This document shows, in pieces, positions 17,914 through 28,633 of a stretch of 64,000 bases of DNA (the first letter of the stretch is position 1; every line of letters starts with the position of its first letter). This DNA comes from a virus (taxonomy: Duplodnaviria > Caudoviricetes): the IMG/VR virus record IMGVR_UViG_3300014205_000188, positions 32,001 to 96,000 of that record. One strand, written 5' to 3'. Both the position numbers and the translations under genes were made by a program. The notes under the pieces are model-generated. The model was not told where the DNA came from. It ran no database searches and worked only from the letters and a program-made list of their open reading frames with translations.

Positions 17914-20900
17914 TGGGACGCTCAAACGACACGGCACTCCGAATCATGCTTGACCCTGAACTAAAAGGGCTCAAGGAGTTGCGAGCTGGACTGGTGAAGG
18001 CTGTAACGGAATCGACCACCGTCTTTTCTAAGAAGATGGTCATGGGGACCAAAGACAATCTGCAGAAACAACTCAAAGCGGCAGAGAAAGCAGCCCTGAA
18101 GGTTGCAGCCTTGAACCATGTGTTGGCCACCAAGAGTTTTGATGAGGAGAAGAAGAGGCGGATTCAAGCCTCTCTGGCTGAGGCCAAGATTAAATCTCGC
18201 GAGGCGGAGAAGCTGTTCAAGCAGGAGTTAAAGCACGAACAGCGTATCATCACTCGTCGTCAAAAATCGATGGCTAAGATTCTCACCTCTCAAGAGGCAT
18301 CGAAAGCGGCTGGTGCGGCTGGTGCGGCATTTGGAGAGTCCATTGCCGATGCCTTCGACGACTTCATGTCCAAAGACGTTGCCAAGATGGCAGGGGGATT
18401 GTTCAAGCGAGTTGGGTCGGGGACTCAAAAGTTAGGGGAGGGTCTTAGCAAGAAGGCTGCCACTGACTCCGTCTTGGGAAAGATGGGGGGCATGATGGCA
18501 AAAATGGGGCCCGCCATTGCCGCCATTGGGGCTTTGGCTTTGGGTTTCGGAGCCTTGATCAAAATGGTCTTTGACGCTGACGCCCACATGAAGGGTCTGA
18601 ACAAGGCCATGTTGGAGGGGGGCACGGTTGCCAACGACCTAGTGGACAAGTACGGCATGCTCGGTCCAACGCTGAACAAGATCAGTTTGCATTTTGCCAA
18701 TGCCCGAAATCTTGCGGTTGAGTTCGGAATCAAGGCCGAGGAGAGCATGAAGATCCTCTCCGCCTATGGTGAAGCCAACCAAGGGTTAGCTAAGTTGACG
18801 GCGGGGATCAAGGACCAAACACAGGCCATGACAAGGCTGGAAACAGCCACGATTAGGGCCGTGGCTTATAGCCGTCTGTTTGGTATGGAGTCGACTGAGA
18901 TGGCGACCCATTTTGCCGAATACATGACCAACTTGGGTTACACCCTGGAGGGAGTGCAGGAGAAGTTTTCCGGGATTGCTTTGGCAGCTCGAGACTCAGG
19001 TTTCTCGACCAAGCGTTTCACAGGGATCCTTCTGCAAGCCACCTCGGGTATGGCTCAGTACAACGTGCGCCTGCTGGAAACGGCTGATTTGCTCACCATG
19101 CTCATGCAGACCCTGGGTGAGAAAGAGGGCGGAGATTTGCTGGGCCGTTTGGCAGGGGGCAACAAGGGTCAGGATACAAGTACTCTGACTAAGCAAGTTT
19201 TGCTGATGACGGAGGAGAAAACTCGGGACATCCTGCTTAAGGACTCTGCTCGAGCAGCTTCGGATTTCATCTCTAAGGTCAAAGATTTTGAGTCGAGTAC
19301 CGGGTCGGTGGCAATCTCTAAAGCTCTGTCTGCAGCCGGTTTGAGCATGGAGATGACGGGGGACGAGTTTTCTACCGCCTTGGACAAACTGCCATTGGCT
19401 ATTGCCAATGCTTTGCAGGCTCAGATCAAAGCCGAAAACATGGGTCTAGGAAGTACCTTCACCGGAGTCCGAGAGGTGTCTCAGGCACGCAGTGGGGGCA
19501 TGGGTGGTCTTGTGGCGGGATTGAGAGGAGCCGGGGTCTCCGCTAACTTGGCCATGGACTTCATCAAGGCTTTCGGTGCCCTGGGCAAAGATTTGAACGC
19601 AGTGAACAAAAAAGACATTGGTGAGATGATTGCTTTGGAGGGTCTTGCCGGTTTTTCCCGTGAGGAGTTGACCCAAGTTCAGACCGTCGGCGCAGACTTT
19701 TTGGGCCGCATTGAGACTCTGGAACGGATGTCCTCGCTGGCAAAGGGGGGCACAGCAGAGGGGGCAGCTCAGGTCACCACCTTCAATGCCACGACAGCTA
19801 AGAAGTGGGGCATTTTCATTGATGAGGCTGGGCGTTGGTTCAAGGGTAAGCAAGGTGCCTGGACGGAGAATGAGAGTGACAAAGTTTACCTTGACGAGAA
19901 GTCCTTAACAGAAATGATCATGGCCGCTGGCTCTGCACTGGACAAAGTTTCCGAAGACGACGTCAATGAGTCTTTGATGCTGGCTGCGGAAGTGGTTGAT
20001 GCTACCAGAAGCATCGGAGACATTCTGTCAGATCAGATTGATGGGACTCTGACCAAGATTTTCTCCACCATTTCCCAGTTGCTAGCTTGGTTCATGGGAT
20101 CTGGGGACGAGGATGTGAGGGAGAAGGTGCAACTCCTGATGGATCAAAACACTATCCTCATGGAGTCCATAGGGGCTGAGATCGGAGCCCAAAGGGGGAA
20201 GGTCGGGGGTCTACGCTCTTCACTTCGCACGGCTAAGGGGGAAGATCGTGTTCGGATCCAGCGTGAGCTAGAGGAAGAAACGAGGGTACTCGAGGGTCTT
20301 CGGGAGAAGCAAAAAGTTGCTAAGGGCACCGTTCAGGGTTTGAGAGGTGTCCGTTCACAAGAGGATGCCGAACGGTTGTTGGGGCATGACTTGGATGACG
20401 GGTGGTTTGACCTTATTGACCCCGAGATGGACGCTGAGGAACTTCAAAAGGTGCTAGCTCAGCATGTGAAGCAAAAACTGCAGGATAGTCGTTGGGAGGA
20501 CTTGTCCCCAGAACGGCGTAAGGCACTTACGGCTGGTGGTCGCCAACAAGTAATGTCCACGGCTGAAGCAGTGGCCTCCTCGGGTACGAAAAGACAATAC
20601 ATGCATGGTGGTTATCAAACCATCGACCGGGGAGAGTTCCAAAGGGCCAACCCGGACTATTTTGAGTCCATCGGGGAGGAAAAAGCAAGGCAGATGGCGA
20701 AGGCTCGTCTAGCCGCTGAAAACACGGGTCAGGCTCAACCTGGTGTTCCTGGTCTCTATATGGACAGGTACGGGTACCCCTCCTCCGCGCTCTCCCCGGG
20801 CGGCACGACCCTGTTGCCGGAACAAGCTCCAATCACAGAAAAGCAAGCTCAGCAGATGCAACTAGATGCAGATGAGCGTCGTAAGAAAGATGCTCTCGAG

Positions 20901-21317
20901 GCGGCAAGGAAAGCGGAGAAGCATGAGGAGACCGAGAATGATCGGGTGATGAAGAGGGAGGAGGCCCGATTAAAAGATGCACAGTTGTCCTTGATTTTGG
21001 GTGTTCTCGGCAATGACAGCACACCCACGGCTCGAATGGCTGCTGCTAAGGCCCTGTTGGCGGGTGACGCCTCCGGTCTTCCTCCCGAGGTTAGAAAGCG
21101 TCTGCTTGACAATCCAAGAGTGGGTGAACTGGGAAGTACCAGTGTGATGGCACTTCAAGGAGGTGCCTATGGGGCCCGGGTCGAGGGGCCACCCCCCGGA
21201 GCCACAGGAGCAACAAGACCCTGGTCCTCAACCTCGAGGGTGAATGTCAATCACTTCTATCAGGGTACGCCTACCGCTCAACAACTGGAGATTCAGGCTG
21301 AGGCATTCAGAAAATGA
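17913..21317 (+). CDS. Tail tape measure protein (1134 aa)
   Basis: Ala/Gly/Lys-rich helical composition, hydrophobic segment (GPAIAAIGALALGFGALIKMV), C-terminal VNVNHFY strand, canonical position. Confidence 0.8.
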   Translation: MGRSNDTALRIMLDPELKGLKELRAGLVKAVTESTTVFSKKMVMGTKDNLQKQLKAAEKAALKVAALNHVLATKSFDEEKKRRIQASLAEAKIKSREAEKLFKQELKHEQRIITRRQKSMAKILTSQEASKAAGAAGAAFGESIADAFDDFMSKDVAKMAGGLFKRVGSGTQKLGEGLSKKAATDSVLGKMGGMMAKMGPAIAAIGALALGFGALIKMVFDADAHMKGLNKAMLEGGTVANDLVDKYGMLGPTLNKISLHFANARNLAVEFGIKAEESMKILSAYGEANQGLAKLTAGIKDQTQAMTRLETATIRAVAYSRLFGMESTEMATHFAEYMTNLGYTLEGVQEKFSGIALAARDSGFSTKRFTGILLQATSGMAQYNVRLLETADLLTMLMQTLGEKEGGDLLGRLAGGNKGQDTSTLTKQVLLMTEEKTRDILLKDSARAASDFISKVKDFESSTGSVAISKALSAAGLSMEMTGDEFSTALDKLPLAIANALQAQIKAENMGLGSTFTGVREVSQARSGGMGGLVAGLRGAGVSANLAMDFIKAFGALGKDLNAVNKKDIGEMIALEGLAGFSREELTQVQTVGADFLGRIETLERMSSLAKGGTAEGAAQVTTFNATTAKKWGIFIDEAGRWFKGKQGAWTENESDKVYLDEKSLTEMIMAAGSALDKVSEDDVNESLMLAAEVVDATRSIGDILSDQIDGTLTKIFSTISQLLAWFMGSGDEDVREKVQLLMDQNTILMESIGAEIGAQRGKVGGLRSSLRTAKGEDRVRIQRELEEETRVLEGLREKQKVAKGTVQGLRGVRSQEDAERLLGHDLDDGWFDLIDPEMDAEELQKVLAQHVKQKLQDSRWEDLSPERRKALTAGGRQQVMSTAEAVASSGTKRQYMHGGYQTIDRGEFQRANPDYFESIGEEKARQMAKARLAAENTGQAQPGVPGLYMDRYGYPSSALSPGGTTLLPEQAPITEKQAQQMQLDADERRKKDALEAARKAEKHEETENDRVMKREEARLKDAQLSLILGVLGNDSTPTARMAAAKALLAGDASGLPPEVRKRLLDNPRVGELGSTSVMALQGGAYGARVEGPPPGATGATRPWSSTSRVNVNHFYQGTPTAQQLEIQAEAFRK

Positions 21318-21928
21318 GTACCACAACCCCAGTCTTCAGGTCCGCTTTCCAATCAGCGGATGACGCCGCCAACACATCCAAGGCGGTGCGGCCCTTTGTC
21401 TTTGACATTCTGGGCCCCGACATGGAGACGTCGATCCTCCCTGAGTCACTGCGCATGATTCTACATGTGCCACCTCAGTCCGTAGCTTTCAGCTATGAGA
21501 AGACCATTGAGCGCATCCCGACAAAGGGTGGGTTCGTGGAGCAACACTGGGGAGACGGACCACAGACGCTGTCTTTCACCATGGTCACCGGGGGGTTTGT
21601 CCGTGTGGCCTCAGGTATGTCCAATGTCACAGGTGGTCCTGGGTCCTATCAGGCAGGAGGGACGAGGAGAGAGACAATCGCCTATGACAAGTATCTGGAC
21701 ATGTTGGCCTTGTATCGCAACAATGGCTCTGTCTATGACAATACTGGGCAGATTGTTTTTCAGGGTGTGATCAAGGTCACCTTTGACAAAGGGGTGTACC
21801 TGGGGTGGTTTTCCAACTTCCAAGTGACAGAGGACGCCACCAAACCTTTTCTCTTCAGCCTGACAACAAACTTCACGGTCTACCGTGAAATCCTACGCTT
21901 GCACTCCAATGGTCTGGGAGGTCGCTGA
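21314..21928 (+). CDS. Baseplate-tube initiator 1 (T4 gp48/gp54-like)
   Basis: LHVPPQSVAFSYEK..IPTKGGFVEQHWGD...YLGWFSNFQVTEDATKPFLFSLTTNFTV; follows the tape measure. Confidence 0.7.
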   Translation: MSTTTPVFRSAFQSADDAANTSKAVRPFVFDILGPDMETSILPESLRMILHVPPQSVAFSYEKTIERIPTKGGFVEQHWGDGPQTLSFTMVTGGFVRVASGMSNVTGGPGSYQAGGTRRETIAYDKYLDMLALYRNNGSVYDNTGQIVFQGVIKVTFDKGVYLGWFSNFQVTEDATKPFLFSLTTNFTVYREILRLHSNGLGGR

Positions 21929-23424
21929 TGGCCAAGATAGCACCACCCCCACAAAGGACTGCTTCAGCCCCTATCCAACCCACCACCTCCAATAGTGTCC
22001 CTCAAGATGCACCGCAGCCTCTGATCGGCTCTTACTCCACTGTGGTGGACATAGCCTCTTTGCAAAGCTACCAGAGTCAACAACTGGCTGGGGGGACCTA
22101 TTTGAGTCCTGAGTCCAATGCCTCGGCTTACAAGAAGAACGATGAGCAGAGAACTGCTGCCTCCATCCAGAAGTCCCCGGAGCCATCCTCATATCGTCCC
22201 CTTCAAGTGGGACACGCATCCATTGATTATGAGACCTCCTCTACTGTACAAGTCGAGATGTCCTCTCCGCTCCTGAGGAGCTTGTCCCCCTTCATGTTGC
22301 GGGTAGAGCCTCCTCTTGCCTTTGGGGAGGACGGCGGTTTTCTTGCCCGCAAAGGAAACTCCATTCCAGTCAACCTCTTCACTCAGGCCCAGAGATCCGG
22401 GGGGTACGGGGCTGCTCGCAAGGCACTGTCACAGAGTACCTTGGCAGTGGGTGTCAATGGGTTGGTAGGATCCAGTCAAGAGTTCATGCGTGTCAATGCC
22501 AGGTCTGGGACACAAGTGGCTGCTCCTCCGAAACCTGTGGGTGAAACAAATCTAGGTGAGCCCGCTATTGCTGACCTGGCTCAGGCTGTTGACCTAGCGT
22601 GGCAGTTATCCGCCGTGATGCAGGTGGCACCTTTGGTGCTCTTGATCAACCCCCAAAACTTGAGCATCAACTACTCGAAGATTCAGCAGTTTCAGGACCG
22701 TTCCCGGCATGGGTACATTTTCCAGGCATGGGGTGAGGAGCAGCCTAAACTGTCGATCACGGCTAAGTGCGGTGCTTTTGTTTCTGGTGGTCGCGGTGTG
22801 CAGATGGTCAGCCGCCTTGACTCGGTAGCATGGCAAAATCTGATGTCTGCTTTTCACCTCTATCGCAACAACGGTTACATCCATGACATGACGGGTAAGT
22901 CAAATGCCCACCTGTTCGTTGGTGCCTTGTCCATCCATTACGACCAGTGGGTTTACTACGGGCACATGGAGAATTTCAACTGGACGTTGGATGAGGGCAA
23001 CACTCATGGTGGTGTTGAGTTCTCGATGGAGTTCACCGTCTCGTCCATGTTGGATACAGCCTCGCCCTCGTACAACGTAGCACCCATGCGGTCTCCTACT
23101 CCGGCACCGTGGGATGCCCAGTACTTGAGTGGGGCCACAAACTCACCAGGTGAGTTCTCAATTGGGTTTGACTCGGACGGGACACCACGTCTCACAACCC
23201 AAGGGCGAGTTGTGACGGGGGAGTCTTTTGGGCTCCTTGTTCCCGGTGGTCTTGAGCCCATGCTGCAACAGGGGACTGGATGGGTGAAGCCAACCGCGGG
23301 AGCCAATCAGGGGCGGCCCGTGAGTGCCCGAGGATTTCAGGCCACGGGTACAGTGGATCTGCCAGGGCAACGGGCAGTGAATGTGGCTGTGCCCTCTAAG
23401 CTCGGGCCCTTTGGGTTGAGGTGA
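21928..23424 (+). CDS. Baseplate-tube initiator 2 with N-terminal extension, paralogous to initiator 1
   Basis: LLINPQNLSINYSK...QAWGEE...LYRNNG...YYGHMENFNW...FSMEFTV. Shares LYRNNG with the previous gene. Confidence 0.7.
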   Translation: MAKIAPPPQRTASAPIQPTTSNSVPQDAPQPLIGSYSTVVDIASLQSYQSQQLAGGTYLSPESNASAYKKNDEQRTAASIQKSPEPSSYRPLQVGHASIDYETSSTVQVEMSSPLLRSLSPFMLRVEPPLAFGEDGGFLARKGNSIPVNLFTQAQRSGGYGAARKALSQSTLAVGVNGLVGSSQEFMRVNARSGTQVAAPPKPVGETNLGEPAIADLAQAVDLAWQLSAVMQVAPLVLLINPQNLSINYSKIQQFQDRSRHGYIFQAWGEEQPKLSITAKCGAFVSGGRGVQMVSRLDSVAWQNLMSAFHLYRNNGYIHDMTGKSNAHLFVGALSIHYDQWVYYGHMENFNWTLDEGNTHGGVEFSMEFTVSSMLDTASPSYNVAPMRSPTPAPWDAQYLSGATNSPGEFSIGFDSDGTPRLTTQGRVVTGESFGLLVPGGLEPMLQQGTGWVKPTAGANQGRPVSARGFQATGTVDLPGQRAVNVAVPSKLGPFGLR

Positions 23425-23428
23425 CAGG

Positions 23429-26400
23429 ATGGGTTTAGAACAACGTCCGTACATTGGCACTTGGAGGATGGCGCAGACCAAAGTTGTCGCCCATACCCCT
23501 GATGCCCTTGTCTATATCAACGGAGACATCTCTGTCCCGGGCTGTTACAAGTGCCATAGCAAAATCAACATTCAGCCCTTTGTAACCAGCATCTCCGTGG
23601 ATGCCGGTACGGACGCTGCCGCCGGTTCAGCAAACATCTCGTTGGTTCTGCCTACCCACCATCATGAGTCTTTGGCCCGGGATGGACAGTTCCTGTTTTA
23701 CCCTGGGCTTGAGGTTCACGTCTACATGCGGGGGTACTTCCCCGTCAAGGGCTTGTACTCCAATCTGACGACCCCCAGAGGGGTCCTAAAGACAGACCCC
23801 GTTACGGGAGAGCAAACCATTGTTCCGGTGACTTTTCAGTACAGTGGGCAACAAGGAGCCATTGCAGAACCGGAGACGGACACCAAGAAACTAGGACCTC
23901 CTGAGAAGGTGACCGGCTTTGAGACCTACAAGCGCAAGGAACCCATCACGGGCATAGTCTTGCATGAGTCTGTGTCCACCTCCGTGACCAGTACTGAGAA
24001 GGCATTGCAGTCGGGTGGCAACGGCGTTCATTACATAGTGGACATGGATGGCCATGCCTACATGTACTATGACCCCTCCGAATATGTGACGGCGCATACA
24101 GGAGCTGGGGTGAATACGAATGCCACCACAGTGGGCATCGAGTTTGTCAACCCCTACAAGCCGTCCAAGACCTCAGCCGGTCAGACTGTCCTAGAGACTC
24201 CGTGGGCCGCTGGTGGCAAATATGTTGTGCCCCCGGCTGCTCAGCTGGAGGCGGGATACGCCGTGGTCTATCAAGTGGGGGCTAAGTACGGCGTCCCCGT
24301 GGTTTTTCCTGGTGCCACAGGTGACAGTTTCCAGATGAGTGGTTCCGGGATCAACGGTTCCGGGATCAGAAGTCACCAGCAAATTGGGGACCATGCGGAC
24401 GGTTCCTTCCCCGCCTTGTACATGGCGATCCGTGCTCGGGGCTACAACCCAGCTGAAGCCTATGCCGCAGCTGTGGAGGCGGTGAAGCAAGGGGGCAAGT
24501 CCGTGGTGCTCCCCCCTGTCAAGGGCTATGCTACAGCACCTTCTCGAGTTATTCTTGACCCCAAAGTGGCCGAGAACATGGTGCGCAAGGTGATCCGCAC
24601 GGAGGCTCAACCAAGTCCCGAGCAGTCAGTTCTGCCTGAGGAAACAGAGGAGAGGATCAACCCAGAGTGGGGACCATCCATGTTGGATGAGTTGGGTTTG
24701 ACCAACACGGACATGGACAACCTACTAGCCTACCCCTACTATCATACGTTCCATGGGGTGGTGAAGTCGGTGGCTTACTCGTGGAGTGCCGGGTCGCACC
24801 AAGTGACCCTCGCCTGTGCCTCTATGCTCTATTTCTGGAGCTACCAGCAGATGAGCACTATGACGTCGGTGCTCGGAGCCAGGCCACAAAACTCCAAAGC
24901 TCGTATGTCTCTCCAGGGGCACAACTTCACGGGCATGCATCCCTACGAGATCATTTACATGTTGCACTATGACACAGCGGGTGCCGCTGGTGGTGTCGCA
25001 TGGCATTTGCAGCAGAAGACAAACCAAACGGCTCGGTCTCCTATCACGGGGGAGAGTCTCTTCAGCCTCAACCTGAGATATTGGCAGCAGAGGTTTAACC
25101 AGAGAGAGATCAAGCTTCGATTGCATGGTGCCTCCGGCGGTTTGTTCAATACAGCCCAGGCTACCTTTCTGAGTCGCTTGAAGGGCCACCAGATCACGTC
25201 CTTGCTCAGGCAACGATACTCTGGGACCGCTCGGTCGGGATCAGGACACATCCTGGCCTCCTCTAAGACCTTAGGGTTGATGCGCCCCGTAGGACCGGGT
25301 CTTCGTGGGAAGATGATCGAGTACTTGAATTTCGGGCGTACCAATGCTGAGTCCCCAGACTCCACTAAGCCGTCCATGGAGTTGAATCTCGCGGAGATGA
25401 TCTCCTTCGTGAGCAACATCACGGAGTGGGGTCAGGTGCGTCTTTTCGAGGCCAGTTACGAAACCAAGATGGAGATTGCTCAGAAGGTTTGTGCCGTCAC
25501 TGGTTTTGAGTTCTATCAGGATGTGGACGGGGACTTTGTTTTCAAACCCCCCATGTACAATCTGGACACGTCCTCGAGTCGGGTTTATCGCATCGAGGAC
25601 ATCGATCTTATTTCTGTGAACTTTGAGGAGAGTGAGCCAAACGTCACGTATATGACTGGCAAGGGAGATTTCATCAAGAATCTGCAGGGGCATGGGGTTG
25701 AGGGTGAGTGGGGGGTACAGGGTCAGTACATCGACTATCGTCTGGTGGCCCAGTACGGCTGGCGGGCCGGAAACTTCGAGGAGTCCTATTACAGTGATTC
25801 CAAGTCCGTGTTCTTTGCTGCAATGACACGCATGGACGTGTTGAATGCCCCGGCCCAAAGTGCCACTGTGACCATTCCTCTTCGTCCTGAACTACGTCCC
25901 GGGTACCCCGTGTACATTCCGTACCTGGACTGCTTCTACTACTGTCCCAGCTTCTCACACTCATTCTCTGTTGGCGGTCAGTGCAGCACCACTTTGCAGT
26001 TGACGGCAAAGAGATCTAAGTTTTTTGCCCCGGGTGACCCCAGTCGAATCCAGAGATCACAGTCGGCTGGTGGTGTCACCGGGGGTATTGACGCAATCCA
26101 GCTAGGGGACACGGCGTTGCCCCCTATGCCCCTTTCGGTTCAGGGGTCGGATGGGCAACCTCGCCTGTCAGGATTTCCAAACGTGGTTATGGCTTTGGAC
26201 CCAACCACGATCAATCCTTTGTTCCTTCTTGTGGGCTCCGATGTGGGGGATCTCAACTCCTATGAGGCACTCTCGGGCCTGATGCGGATGGCCGTGGATC
26301 TCAATATCTTGACGGTCAAGGACAAGGGTAACCCTGGGCCTGAATATGTGATGATGACGGATGAGGGTTCCCAGATCACATTCTGGTTCCCGTCCAAGGA

Positions 26401-28633
26401 CGGACTTGCGGCAAAGAATCCGGCCAACACTCAATCCATTTGGAGTCTGGCTGCGGAGTACACCAACTACCAAGTCACCTTCACTTCTGATCAAATGGGA
26501 CTTCGTGTTGCTTTGGACGCTGTGCTGCAAAAGCAAGCGGCGGCGGAGTCCCAGTTGGCTATGTTGGAGAAGGCGGAGAGAGAACAACCCCGAGGGAAAG
26601 AGCAGAGTCTGCAAGGGCAAAAGGATCAACTGCGGCAAGTGATTCAAGGTCTGAAGAAAGAGGCCGAGCAGCACATGGCTCAGTTTGAGCAGACCAAGAC
26701 CAACTTTGATACCGTCATGGGAGATGCTAACAAGGTGGGTGGTGTGGCTTTCTTCGCCGAGCTGGTTCAGAAAGCTGGAGAGCAATATTTCAAGCGGGGA
26801 TCAGGAGTTGACCTAAACTCCTCGGCCACCTTGTTAGATCTTCTCTCCGATAAAAAGATCGGGATGTGTAGCGGGTCAGTGCCGGGTACCTACCGTTACT
26901 ATTCAGCATCACATCCCAAGAAGGAACAGCAGGGTCAACCGATATACGGGATGAGAAAAACGGCAACGGTCAAGAGTACAACCCTACAGAATCCTTTTCT
27001 GGATGACGGTTGGAAAGATCTGTTGGTTCCTACCTATGTGCCCACAAAAGAAATTCAGATACAAGAGGATGGAAACCTCCCTCAGGCGATGTTTGCCGAC
27101 CGGCACCCTGTTTGGGGACTCAAGGTTCTGACAAACAGGGTGGCGGGTGGCGAGGTGGTTCCAACCAGTGAGATCCGTGAGCTGATGTTCTCCGTTCATG
27201 ACGTAACCTTGTCCGCACCCAAGGTCAAAACGACGCATGGCTCTTTTACGGTGGACATGGGGGGCAGTGTCACGAGTTCCCTACGGGAAAGTCTGAATAC
27301 CTTGGTCTCAAAGGCCAACCTTACTATGTCCCCTGCTGAAGTTTTTGGGCCCTGGGTTGTAAAGGTCTCATCGGCTTTGCGAGCTGCGGCCGATGAGGCC
27401 AACAAAGTGGGATCCGGGAATGGCGTGGGGATCGCGGGAGTAGACTTGCCCCAAGAGTTTCAGGTTCTAGGTGGGGTATGGCCCTATGACGCCACCCTTG
27501 ATATGTACCTTTTGGCTGATAACGAGAGTGGCCAAAGTGAATTGTTTGCGGGATCAAGTACGGTCATGTCCTCTCGTGTTTGGGAGGCCGCAGCTACCTG
27601 GCTGGCGGAGGAAATGACTAACCTGATCCGGGCGGAGAAAGATCTCTGGGTCGAGGGGATGGCGGGTTCACTGGACACGGATGTCCAGTCCGAACGCCTG
27701 TCCACGATGGCCAAGACTTTTGGTGCTCAGTATGGAACGGAACCGGCTAAGGGTTCCGTTTCCACCAACACTTCAAAGCCACCCAAGAGTGCCCTCCCCG
27801 TTTACATGCCCGTTTTCCCGGTGTCTGACAGCAAGGGTTATCGGGTCGTGGGGTCCTATCGTTATGGACGGGACGTCAGTATTGACCCTGATGGGGTCTT
27901 TGACGTGCTCGCCAAACAGGACCCTTTGCTCATGTTGAGCCGGACCTTGGTGGAAGACGTCATTGAGGTTGTTCTCAATGGTAAAGGGGTCTGGGTGGAG
28001 GAGGATGTTCCTGATTTGAAGTCACCCTCTGGCACTCCCGCAAAAAGAAGCCGCTACGTGACGGGACCAGCAGCAGCGCAAGAGGTTGAGCGTCGGGTTT
28101 TGTCCAGCTTGAGGGAACACTACTCAGACTCTCAGATCCTTGACCTTGGTGTGGCAAGGGCCACGAGTGACCCGACCATACTGCAACTGAACCTGATGAA
28201 CTGGTTTTCGGAGAAGAACAAGGATGGCGTGCACAAACTGCCCATTCTGAATGCTGGTTTCAGCATGGCCGAGTTGACCACGGGTTTGATAGGAGCTACT
28301 TGCACATGCAAGGCCACTGAGGCTGACGTTCTATTGAGTGTTGCCTCCAGGGAGCGTTTTGTTGAGGTGTCCTCCTCAGGAGATAGTGTCGGGGCTCAGA
28401 TGCCTTTGGCGTTGGGAAGCCGTGGCGTTGGGGATGTGACACGCAAGCTCATGGAGGAAGCGGTTATAGGGTCCATGGATTGGAAAGCGTCACAAGATGC
28501 CCTTCGTGGGGTCAGAGACATCAGCAGAACCAGTTTGGTGACCGCATCCACGGATCTCCCCTCCGCTTTGAAAAATTGGCAGGCACAACAAGATGCCCTT
28601 GTTGCAACCTTGTCCTCCACTGAGGTGAAGTGA
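23429..28633 (+). CDS. Baseplate hub (gp27-like) with inserted N-acetylmuramoyl-L-alanine amidase domain
   Basis: Hub motifs (FEFYQDVDGDFVFKPPMYN; ATVTIPLRPELRPGYPVYI..YYCPSFSHSF). Amidase_2-like segment at ~23930-24480 (IVLHES; VHYIVDMDG; AHTG; N..TVGIEF; IRSHQQ). Confidence 0.8.
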   Translation: MGLEQRPYIGTWRMAQTKVVAHTPDALVYINGDISVPGCYKCHSKINIQPFVTSISVDAGTDAAAGSANISLVLPTHHHESLARDGQFLFYPGLEVHVYMRGYFPVKGLYSNLTTPRGVLKTDPVTGEQTIVPVTFQYSGQQGAIAEPETDTKKLGPPEKVTGFETYKRKEPITGIVLHESVSTSVTSTEKALQSGGNGVHYIVDMDGHAYMYYDPSEYVTAHTGAGVNTNATTVGIEFVNPYKPSKTSAGQTVLETPWAAGGKYVVPPAAQLEAGYAVVYQVGAKYGVPVVFPGATGDSFQMSGSGINGSGIRSHQQIGDHADGSFPALYMAIRARGYNPAEAYAAAVEAVKQGGKSVVLPPVKGYATAPSRVILDPKVAENMVRKVIRTEAQPSPEQSVLPEETEERINPEWGPSMLDELGLTNTDMDNLLAYPYYHTFHGVVKSVAYSWSAGSHQVTLACASMLYFWSYQQMSTMTSVLGARPQNSKARMSLQGHNFTGMHPYEIIYMLHYDTAGAAGGVAWHLQQKTNQTARSPITGESLFSLNLRYWQQRFNQREIKLRLHGASGGLFNTAQATFLSRLKGHQITSLLRQRYSGTARSGSGHILASSKTLGLMRPVGPGLRGKMIEYLNFGRTNAESPDSTKPSMELNLAEMISFVSNITEWGQVRLFEASYETKMEIAQKVCAVTGFEFYQDVDGDFVFKPPMYNLDTSSSRVYRIEDIDLISVNFEESEPNVTYMTGKGDFIKNLQGHGVEGEWGVQGQYIDYRLVAQYGWRAGNFEESYYSDSKSVFFAAMTRMDVLNAPAQSATVTIPLRPELRPGYPVYIPYLDCFYYCPSFSHSFSVGGQCSTTLQLTAKRSKFFAPGDPSRIQRSQSAGGVTGGIDAIQLGDTALPPMPLSVQGSDGQPRLSGFPNVVMALDPTTINPLFLLVGSDVGDLNSYEALSGLMRMAVDLNILTVKDKGNPGPEYVMMTDEGSQITFWFPSKDGLAAKNPANTQSIWSLAAEYTNYQVTFTSDQMGLRVALDAVLQKQAAAESQLAMLEKAEREQPRGKEQSLQGQKDQLRQVIQGLKKEAEQHMAQFEQTKTNFDTVMGDANKVGGVAFFAELVQKAGEQYFKRGSGVDLNSSATLLDLLSDKKIGMCSGSVPGTYRYYSASHPKKEQQGQPIYGMRKTATVKSTTLQNPFLDDGWKDLLVPTYVPTKEIQIQEDGNLPQAMFADRHPVWGLKVLTNRVAGGEVVPTSEIRELMFSVHDVTLSAPKVKTTHGSFTVDMGGSVTSSLRESLNTLVSKANLTMSPAEVFGPWVVKVSSALRAAADEANKVGSGNGVGIAGVDLPQEFQVLGGVWPYDATLDMYLLADNESGQSELFAGSSTVMSSRVWEAAATWLAEEMTNLIRAEKDLWVEGMAGSLDTDVQSERLSTMAKTFGAQYGTEPAKGSVSTNTSKPPKSALPVYMPVFPVSDSKGYRVVGSYRYGRDVSIDPDGVFDVLAKQDPLLMLSRTLVEDVIEVVLNGKGVWVEEDVPDLKSPSGTPAKRSRYVTGPAAAQEVERRVLSSLREHYSDSQILDLGVARATSDPTILQLNLMNWFSEKNKDGVHKLPILNAGFSMAELTTGLIGATCTCKATEADVLLSVASRERFVEVSSSGDSVGAQMPLALGSRGVGDVTRKLMEEAVIGSMDWKASQDALRGVRDISRTSLVTASTDLPSALKNWQAQQDALVATLSSTEVK

